From positions 1 through 13,072 of the forward strand of contig JAYVCD010000213.1 of NCBI GenBank assembly GCA_043750125.1: a DNA stretch of 13,072 nucleotides, in the 5' to 3' direction. The notes beneath the pieces were generated by a model that ran no database searches, was not told the origin of the DNA, and saw nothing but the letters and a program-made list of their open reading frames with translations. This document shows, piece after piece, positions 7,103 through 13,072 of this stretch. Each line of letters opens with the position of its first letter. Position 1 is the first letter of the stretch. The position numbers were made by a program, and so were the translations under genes. This DNA is from Archangiaceae bacterium. Its GTDB lineage: Bacteria; Myxococcota; Myxococcia; Myxococcales; Myxococcaceae.

Positions 7103-7762
7103 ATGAACGAACCCTTTTCACTGGCTTTTGTCCGCCCCTCGACATTCGGGGCGATCGCGGGCATCCATCTGCCGGCCGGTGTTGAAGCGGTGACAAATGA
7201 GGTCCTGCAGCGGCTGGATCCCCTCGAGCGCGTCATCGCCCAAAAGCTGCGGGGGCGGCGGCAGATTGAGTTTGCCGGCGGCCGCCTGGCGTACCGCGCG
7301 CTGAGGTCGGACGCCGGGCCGCTGACCACCGGTGAACGGGGAGAGCCCTGCTGTCCTCCCGGGCTTTCGGTGTCGGTGACCCACAAAAGTGATCTGGCCG
7401 TCGCGCTGGTGGGGGATGCCCAGAACGGCACGCTGGGGTTGGACCTCGAAGGCGATGGCCGCGAACGGATGACCATCGCCCACCGGGTGCTGTGCCCCGA
7501 CGAGCAGGTCGAGGTCGAGTCGTTGCCCGCGGCCCAGAGGTGGCGGGCGGTGCTGCTGCGGTTTGCGCTCAAAGAGGCCGCCTACAAGGCCATTCACCCC
7601 CACCTGCACCGGTTCGTCAGCTTTCAGGAAGCGCACGTCACTCTGGGCGAGGGCGAGGCGAAGGTCGTGATTCTCACCGAGCCGACCCTGGAGCTCGAAG
7701 CGGGCTGGGAAACGCTCGGGGCCCACAAGATTCTCGCGTCGGTTCGAGCCAGGCGCCGCTAG
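7103..7762 (+). CDS. 4'-phosphopantetheinyl transferase (Sfp/EntD-like); alternative start ATG7064
   Basis: RQIEFAGGRLA, GERGEP, SVTHKSDLAVA, LGLDLE and RFALKEAAYKA are PPTase motifs (GxDxE and FxxKEAxxK). Confidence 0.92.
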   Translation: MNEPFSLAFVRPSTFGAIAGIHLPAGVEAVTNEVLQRLDPLERVIAQKLRGRRQIEFAGGRLAYRALRSDAGPLTTGERGEPCCPPGLSVSVTHKSDLAVALVGDAQNGTLGLDLEGDGRERMTIAHRVLCPDEQVEVESLPAAQRWRAVLLRFALKEAAYKAIHPHLHRFVSFQEAHVTLGEGEAKVVILTEPTLELEAGWETLGAHKILASVRARRR

Positions 7763-7769
7763 ATTTTAA

Positions 7770-7809
7770 AGGCGCGCAGGCCAGGCCGAAACGGCGGCAA
7801 CGCGCGCCT
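7770..7809. terminator. GC-rich hairpin between the convergent PPTase and oleD genes; possible terminator
   Basis: AGGCGCGC (7770-7777) pairs with GCGCGCCT (7802-7809), enclosing GCC/GGC and GCCG-AAA-CGGC. On the minus strand it is followed by an AT-rich tail with only a short U-run. Confidence 0.45.
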
Positions 7810-7830
7810 GCCCGGAAATCTGTCGCATTC

Positions 7831-8826
7831 CTACGGTGGGTTTTCTCGACACCAGTGCTGCAGCCGTCCCAACCCTTCGTCGATCGACACCGTGGGTGCG
7901 TAGCCGAGCTCGCGGCGCGCGGCCGAGATGTCGAACCACTGGGCGTGAGAAAGCTCGCTGGCGGCGAAGCGGGTCATCAGCGGCTCGCGATCGATTTTGA
8001 ACAGGGCGTGGGCGGCTTCGAGGCTCGCCCCCAGGCCATAGGCGAGCCAGGCGGGCACGGGCCTGCCGACCTTCGGAGCGCCCGCCGCTTCGAGCATTCG
8101 GTTCGCCATCGTCCACACTCCGATCGGGTTTCCATCGCTGATGAAATACGCGCGGCCGGACACCGGCCCACCTTCCTGCAGCTTCCCGGCGGCCCGCAGG
8201 TGCGCGTCGACGCAGTTGTCGACGTACATCGTGTCGGTCTTCACGTCTTTCTTTCCAATCTGGCGCAGCTTTCCGGCGCGGGCGCGCGCGAGCAGGCGGG
8301 GAAGCAGGTGGCGGTCACCGGGGCCCCAGATGAAATGCGGCCGCAGCGCTACCGTGCCCAGGCTCGAGTCGGCGGCCGCGCGGATCAGCTGTTCGGCGAG
8401 CGCCTTGGTTCGGGGGTAGTGGGCGGTGAAGTGGGTGCCATAGGGAATCGATTCGTCGGCGCCTTCGATGTCTGTTCCGCTGTGCACCACGCTGGGCGAG
8501 CTGGTGTGAACCAGAAATGGAACTGCGGCGGAACGACAGCCGGCGATCACATTCGCGGTGCCCTGAACGTTGATCGCCTCGTACTCGCGGGGGTCGCCCC
8601 ACCCACCCGCTTTCGCCGCGGTGTGGAAGACCAGGTCGGTGTTCGCGCAGGCCTTTGCGGTCGCGGCGGCATCACGCACGTCGCCGCGGACCAGCTCGGC
8701 GCCGAGCTTCTGCAGCTCGGGGTATTCGCCGCGGGCCAGCACGCGCACGGTGTCGCCGCGCTCGATCAAACGACGCACCAGGGCGCTGCCGAGAAACCCT
8801 CCGCCCCCGGTGACGAGCGTTCTCAT
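7831..8826 (-). CDS. oleD: OleD, 2-alkyl-3-oxoalkanoate reductase (extended SDR / 3-beta-HSD family), 331 aa
   Basis: Start ATG8826 (MRTLVTGGGGFLG) overlaps the oleC stop (ATGA). Motifs FHTAAKAGGWG, HTSSPSVV, YPRTK (YxxxK), LRPHFIWGPGD; position directly after oleC. Confidence 0.9.
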   Translation of the reverse strand: MRTLVTGGGGFLGSALVRRLIERGDTVRVLARGEYPELQKLGAELVRGDVRDAAATAKACANTDLVFHTAAKAGGWGDPREYEAINVQGTANVIAGCRSAAVPFLVHTSSPSVVHSGTDIEGADESIPYGTHFTAHYPRTKALAEQLIRAAADSSLGTVALRPHFIWGPGDRHLLPRLLARARAGKLRQIGKKDVKTDTMYVDNCVDAHLRAAGKLQEGGPVSGRAYFISDGNPIGVWTMANRMLEAAGAPKVGRPVPAWLAYGLGASLEAAHALFKIDREPLMTRFAASELSHAQWFDISAARRELGYAPTVSIDEGLGRLQHWCRENPP

Positions 8827-10451
8827 CGAGGCTGGTCGGTGGCCCAGCGGGCGAGCTTCTCGCGCTCGATCTTCGCGTTGTGCCGAGCGTCGACGGGAAA
8901 GATCCCCGGAAAAATCGCAAACCGATCGAGGCTGGCCGTCACGGGCGCCCGACCCGCGAGGGCCCGCAGCTCGCTGAGCACGACCTCGTCCCCCGAAGCG
9001 CCCCCCGGCTCGCGTTCCACCAGGACGACCGGTTGCTGGTTGCCGCGCTCGCCGATTCCGACCAGGGCGGTGCGGCGAACCTGGGGGTGTTGATTGAGGA
9101 GCTCTTCGATCGGCACTGTGAAGTGGGTGCGCTCGCGGGTGACGACCCGGTGGCTCTTGCGCCCGCACATCCACAGCCGGCCCTGCGCATCGAAGAAGCC
9201 CAGGTCCCCCATGCGATGCACGATTTGGTCTCCCTCGCGGATCTTCGCCAGCGCGGTCTGCTCGGGCCGCGCGTAGTACTCGCGGGTCACCACCGGCCCG
9301 CGCACGGTGATTTCCCCAATCTCGCCGTCGGGCAAGAGCAGGGCGTCGGACCAGAGCGTGATCGGCGCGTCACTGATTGCGATGATCCGCACCGTCATTC
9401 CTCCGACCGGTCGCCCGACACAGACCCCCTGGCCGCAGGCCGCGCCGCGAGCGGTGTCGCCCAGAACTTCACGACTGCCGATGCTCGCGACCGGCAAGGC
9501 CTCGGTGGCTCCGAACGGAGTGAAGACCTGAGCATCCCCGGTGAGCAACTTGCTCATCCGTTCGAGCACGTCGTTGCGCATCGGCGCTCCGGCCGAGAGC
9601 ACGCGGCGTAACGAGGGCAAGCTGACCTTGTGCTCGATTCCGTAGCGCCCGAGGTTGTCGAGCAGAGCAGGTGAGCCGAACATCATCGTGCAGCCGTGGG
9701 TGTTGATCGCCTCGACCAGCTTCGCCGGGTCCGCGCGGGCCGGAAATCGGAAGTCCATCTGCGGCAGCACCGACGTCATTCCCAGCGCCGGGTCGAACAG
9801 GGCGAAGAGCGGGAAAGTGGGCAGATCAATCTCGCCCGGCTCGATCGCGTAGGTGTCGCGAATCATCCGGACCTGGGCGTCGAAGATTTCGTGGGTATAG
9901 ACGGCGCCCTTCGGAATTCCGGTCGAGCCCGAGGTGAAGAGGATCGCGGCGGTCTGTGCAGGGTTCGGCACCGCCATCGGGTACGGAAGGTCGCTCGTTC
10001 CCAGGCGCCGCAGATTTGGAAGCGTGTGCCCGCCCCAGAACAGCCGGGGGCCGACGGTGACCTTCGCGCGCACTTTGCGAAACGGGCGGGGAAAGAGGAT
10101 GCGCGCGAGGTGCGCGGCAGGAACTCCGATGAACGCTTCGGGCTCGACCTCCTCGAGGCACGAGAGCAATGCGCGGCGGCCGATGCCGGGGTCGATCATC
10201 ACGATCACCGCTCCGGCTTTGAACAGGCCGAAGACGAGCGGGAAAAAGTCGAGGCTGGGGGGAACCATCAGCACGGTGCGGACCCCGCGGCCGATGCCGA
10301 TCGCTTCCAGCCCCCGCGCGTAGGTGTCGCTCTGAGCGTCGAGCTGCTTGAAGGTCAGCGTTCCCCCCGCAGCGATGATCGCCGGGCGATCGGGAAACCG
10401 CTGGGCCATCGCCGGCAGATGCGAGGCGATGTTGGGGTTGTTCGACGTCAC
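8823..10451 (-). CDS. oleC: OleC, beta-lactone synthetase (ANL adenylate-forming superfamily)
   Basis: ILFTSGSTGIPKG, DLPTFPLFALF, SAGAP, TPFGATEALP, HRMGDLG, WMCGRKSHRV, PVDARHNAKIERE; lies between oleB and oleD. Confidence 0.92.
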   Translation of the reverse strand: MTSNNPNIASHLPAMAQRFPDRPAIIAAGGTLTFKQLDAQSDTYARGLEAIGIGRGVRTVLMVPPSLDFFPLVFGLFKAGAVIVMIDPGIGRRALLSCLEEVEPEAFIGVPAAHLARILFPRPFRKVRAKVTVGPRLFWGGHTLPNLRRLGTSDLPYPMAVPNPAQTAAILFTSGSTGIPKGAVYTHEIFDAQVRMIRDTYAIEPGEIDLPTFPLFALFDPALGMTSVLPQMDFRFPARADPAKLVEAINTHGCTMMFGSPALLDNLGRYGIEHKVSLPSLRRVLSAGAPMRNDVLERMSKLLTGDAQVFTPFGATEALPVASIGSREVLGDTARGAACGQGVCVGRPVGGMTVRIIAISDAPITLWSDALLLPDGEIGEITVRGPVVTREYYARPEQTALAKIREGDQIVHRMGDLGFFDAQGRLWMCGRKSHRVVTRERTHFTVPIEELLNQHPQVRRTALVGIGERGNQQPVVLVEREPGGASGDEVVLSELRALAGRAPVTASLDRFAIFPGIFPVDARHNAKIEREKLARWATDQPR

Positions 10452-11371
10452 GCCTGCAAGCCGCCGAGCGGATGGCGATCAAGGAAGTCGCGCACCAGCG
10501 GCAGGATTTCCTGGTGCGCATCCTCGAGCACGTAGTGGCCCGCGTCGGGAAAGGTGTGGACCTCGGCGGTCGGAAGCCGTCGGCGCCACTCGGCGAGGAA
10601 CTGATCGTCGAAGACGAAGTCTTTGCCTCCCCAGCAGATGAGCAGCGGCACTTTGCTGAACTGGCCGAGGCGATCAGAGACTTCCTGGACCATCGACCAG
10701 CTGCGATCGCCGGGCTTCAACGGAATGTCCTCGACGAAGCGTTGGACGGCGATCCGGTGTTCCCAGGAATCGTAAGGAGCCAGGTACGCGCGCTTCACCG
10801 TGTCGGTCATCGCCCCGGCGCGGGTGGAGCAGGTGAGGTTCGCTCCGCGCGAGAACGCGTTGAGCCCGCGCACCGGAAGAGAAAAGAACGGCAGGTGGCG
10901 CACCACCGAAATCTGCCAGGGCAGCTTCTTCCCAGGAGGCAGCCCGAAGCCGGCGGTGTTGAAGACGACCAGCCGCTTGACCCGCTCGGGGTGCCGGGTG
11001 GCGAACGCGAGGCCGATCATTCCGCCCCAGTCGTGCAGCACCAGCGTGATGTCCCTGGTGATGTTCAGGTGGTCGAGCAGCGCCTCGAGATCTTTGACCC
11101 GGCGTTCGAGCACGTACTCGTACCGGTCGTCGCCCGGCTTGTCCGACAGTCCGCAGCCGATGTGATCGGGAACGATGGTGCGGTGGCTGCCCGACAGCCC
11201 GCTGACCAGGTTGCGCCAGTAGAACGACCAGGTCGGATTTCCGTGCAGCATCACCAGGGGGTCGCCCTTGCCCTCGTCGAGGTAGTGCATCTGGACCCCG
11301 TTGCCCACATCGAGCCGCTGGCCCTGCCAGGGATACAGCGCGCGATACGGAGTGATGTCGAAGGTCACCAT
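10448..11371 (-). CDS. oleB: OleB, beta-lactone decarboxylase (haloalkane-dehalogenase-like alpha/beta hydrolase)
   Basis: MHYLDEG, LHGNPTWSFYWR, PDHIGCGLSDKP, LHDWGG (Asp nucleophile), WGGKDFVFD, GHYVLEDA (His); lies between oleA and oleC. Confidence 0.92.
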   Translation of the reverse strand: MVTFDITPYRALYPWQGQRLDVGNGVQMHYLDEGKGDPLVMLHGNPTWSFYWRNLVSGLSGSHRTIVPDHIGCGLSDKPGDDRYEYVLERRVKDLEALLDHLNITRDITLVLHDWGGMIGLAFATRHPERVKRLVVFNTAGFGLPPGKKLPWQISVVRHLPFFSLPVRGLNAFSRGANLTCSTRAGAMTDTVKRAYLAPYDSWEHRIAVQRFVEDIPLKPGDRSWSMVQEVSDRLGQFSKVPLLICWGGKDFVFDDQFLAEWRRRLPTAEVHTFPDAGHYVLEDAHQEILPLVRDFLDRHPLGGLQA

Positions 11372-12405
11372 TGGACTCCAAGCATGAGGCAGTTGAGACC
11401 GCTTCCGATTCCGAGCAGGCCGACCCGATCTCCGGCGCGCAGAAAGCCGGCTTCGGCGGCGCGGGCGGTGGTGAGAGGAACCGACACGGTCCCGATGTTT
11501 CCCAAAGTCGCGAAGGTCGAGAAGTCGCGCGACTCATCGACGCCGAGCTTGCCGAGAATTTCACGGCGGTGCCCCGAGCCCACCTGGTGGGTGATCACCC
11601 GATCGACGTCCTCGGTGCGCCAGCCGGTGGTGGCCAGAAATTTGCCCCAGGTCTTCTCGCCGAGCGCCACCCCGTGGGTGAGGACCTGCGTGGCGTCGGT
11701 GTCCATCAGGTTCACGGTCTCTCCGAGCAGGCCGCGGGTGGGGCCCCAGCGACAGACGCGGTGGTGCTCGGGTGCGCTGAGCGCGGAAGCGGCGATCAGC
11801 CGGTGCTCGGAATCTGAAAAGCCCACCTCGGTGAGGACGACCGCGACGGCGCCCGAGCCACCGGTGAGCGTCGCGAGGCCCAGTCGGTAGCGCTCGAGCG
11901 TCGGGTCGGCGTTCATTCGCGCGATGGTGGACTCGACGATTTCCCGCGAGCTCTCGGCCGAAACGACGATTCCCGCGCGCATCTGGCCCAGCTCGATGCG
12001 GTTGGCAATTTCGACCATGCCGTTGAGAATTCCAAGGCACGCATTCGAGACGTCGAAGACCAGCGTGTCGGGACCGGTGCCCAACGCGTCTGCGACTGCG
12101 CAGGCGGTGGCGGGCTCGAGGTTGTCGCGGCAGACCCCGGCGTAGATCACCGCTCCGAGATCTGCGGCCGGCACTCCCGACGCTTCGAGGGCTTTCTTTC
12201 CCGCCCGCGCGGCGCAGTCCGACATGCGGGGGCCGGGGGGCCAGAAGCGGCGCTCCGAAATTCCGGTCAGCGCTTCGACCTGCCCGCCCTCGAGGTTCAG
12301 CGCCGAGTACAGCGGCTTCAAGCGGGTCTCGAGCGCGGCAGTGGCGACCCGCTCTTCAGGAAGCTCGTAGGCGATCGCTTCGACGCACACCCGGTTCCAC
12401 CGCAT
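11365..12405 (-). CDS. oleA: OleA, thiolase/FabH-fold acyl condensing enzyme, 346 aa
   Basis: Start ATG12405 (MRWNRVCVEAIAYELP) overlaps the upstream TGA. Motifs LTGISERRFW, RDNLEPATA (OleA Glu), DVSNACLG (Cys), ATLTGGSGA, THQVG (His), GNIG (Asn), LGIGSGLNC. Confidence 0.93.
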   Translation of the reverse strand: MRWNRVCVEAIAYELPEERVATAALETRLKPLYSALNLEGGQVEALTGISERRFWPPGPRMSDCAARAGKKALEASGVPAADLGAVIYAGVCRDNLEPATACAVADALGTGPDTLVFDVSNACLGILNGMVEIANRIELGQMRAGIVVSAESSREIVESTIARMNADPTLERYRLGLATLTGGSGAVAVVLTEVGFSDSEHRLIAASALSAPEHHRVCRWGPTRGLLGETVNLMDTDATQVLTHGVALGEKTWGKFLATTGWRTEDVDRVITHQVGSGHRREILGKLGVDESRDFSTFATLGNIGTVSVPLTTARAAEAGFLRAGDRVGLLGIGSGLNCLMLGVQW

Positions 12406-13072
12406 CAGCCCTCTCCCGGCACGAGCCGCAAAGCGAAATTCTTCATCGTGTAGATGACCCGGCCGTCGACCGCGAGCTGTCCGTCGGCGATCAGCAGCGG
12501 GCCGGCCTCGAGGTCGTCGACGCACTGGGTCAGCGTGGCCTGCACCTGCACTTCGCCGTTGGTCGGCACCACCTGCCCGCGGTACTGCCAGCGGTGCTCG
12601 AAGCCCAGCGCGGTGGCTTGAAAGCGGTGACTGTCGAGGCGCTTGCCGAACCGTTCGCGAGCGAAGACCTTGAGCAGCTGCAGCAGCGCTTCGAGGCCGA
12701 GCGAGCCGGGCATCACCGGGTCTTGATAAAAGTGCGCGGCGAAGAACCACTCGTTGGGGTCGATTTTCTTCGCGCCGGCGATGAACCCTTTTCCGTGCGC
12801 GCCGCCCTCGAGCTCGAGCGCGTCGATGCGGTCGATGACGCTCAAGGCCTGCCCCGGCAGCGCGAGCCCGCGGGGAATGGGGAAGCCCGCGCAGAGGTCC
12901 GGTCGCAGTGGAGGTTCCTTCGGCAAAACGAAAGAGCGCTGCGGCTGGGTCAACGAGGCGAGCAGCGCACCGCGGACTCCCACCTGTTGGGCGAGCGCGG
13001 CCGCGGGGAAGAAGCCGAAACCGGTCTTGCCGGCGTAGACGCGTTGGCCGCCGGCGAGCAGCTCCATTTCGA
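12405..13072 (-). CDS. pfaC: C-terminal part (5' end outside the window) of a PfaC/Pfa3-like PUFA synthase subunit with a FabA-type dehydratase domain
   Basis: WFFAAHFYQDPVMPGSLGLEALLQLLK and WQYRGQVVP are FabA-like DH motifs with G.HGKG.I preceding them. The upstream GFGFF..AALAQQVG is the typical end of a preceding hot-dog fold. The frame stays open to the window edge, so ATG13067 is probably internal. Confidence 0.75.
   Translation of the reverse strand, partial: EMELLAGGQRVYAGKTGFGFFPAAALAQQVGVRGALLASLTQPQRSFVLPKEPPLRPDLCAGFPIPRGLALPGQALSVIDRIDALELEGGAHGKGFIAGAKKIDPNEWFFAAHFYQDPVMPGSLGLEALLQLLKVFARERFGKRLDSHRFQATALGFEHRWQYRGQVVPTNGEVQVQATLTQCVDDLEAGPLLIADGQLAVDGRVIYTMKNFALRLVPGEG

Noticed and set aside
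7763..7830. Structured ncRNA (SRP-like or hammerhead, suggested by GCCAGG and GGCCGAAAC)
   Set aside because: Too short and lacks the SRP GGAA-loop/AGCAG motif and the hammerhead CUGANGA core; a plain hairpin explains it.
8827..9174. N-terminal extension of ORF 7831..9174 (oleD)
   Set aside because: Overlaps oleC out of frame; the Rossmann motif begins right after ATG8826, which forms an ATGA overlap.
10448..11371. Haloalkane dehalogenase for xenobiotic degradation
   Set aside because: Same fold, but the coupled position between oleA and oleC identifies it as OleB.
1919..11890. Long + strand ORFs such as 1919..2629, 2620..3756, 5335..6513, 6138..7106, 7492..9093 and 10472..11890
   Set aside because: Antisense shadows of well-supported minus-strand genes, expected in high-GC DNA, with no recognisable motifs.
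12406..12750. N-terminal extension of ORF 11365..12750 (oleA)
   Set aside because: Out-of-frame overlap with the pfa DH domain; ATG12405 gives a normal-length OleA with TGATG coupling.
1..13072. CRISPR array, tRNA or rRNA genes, tandem repeat arrays
   Set aside because: None seen; the window is almost fully coding and the intergenic gaps are too short.

Overview
High-GC bacterial DNA. The taxon cannot be determined from the window; gene content suggests Myxococcota or a related deltaproteobacterial lineage (inference). Right half (7831-13072, minus strand): a tightly overlapping operon in which the C-terminal FabA-type dehydratase region of a PfaC/Pfa3-like PUFA synthase (cut by the window edge) is followed by oleA-oleB-oleC-oleD for long-chain olefin biosynthesis. 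A 4'-phosphopantetheinyl transferase converges on it from the plus strand. Middle (1835-7058, minus strand): two coupled ArsA/Get3-family ATPases with complementary degenerate motifs, a Uma2-family nuclease-fold protein, yebC, a GT-C-like membrane protein and a putative 2OG-Fe(II) dioxygenase. Left end: an apparently complete IS3-family element (about 148-1668) with imperfect inverted repeats and an A8G -1 frameshift site. It abuts a truncated HTH_Tnp_1/IS66-TnpA-like gene, and its two flanks do not match. The best candidates for something new are the pfa-ole-PPTase cluster with no intervening thioesterase and the adjacent single-active-site Get3-like ATPase pair. All calls come from motif recognition by eye; no database searches were run.
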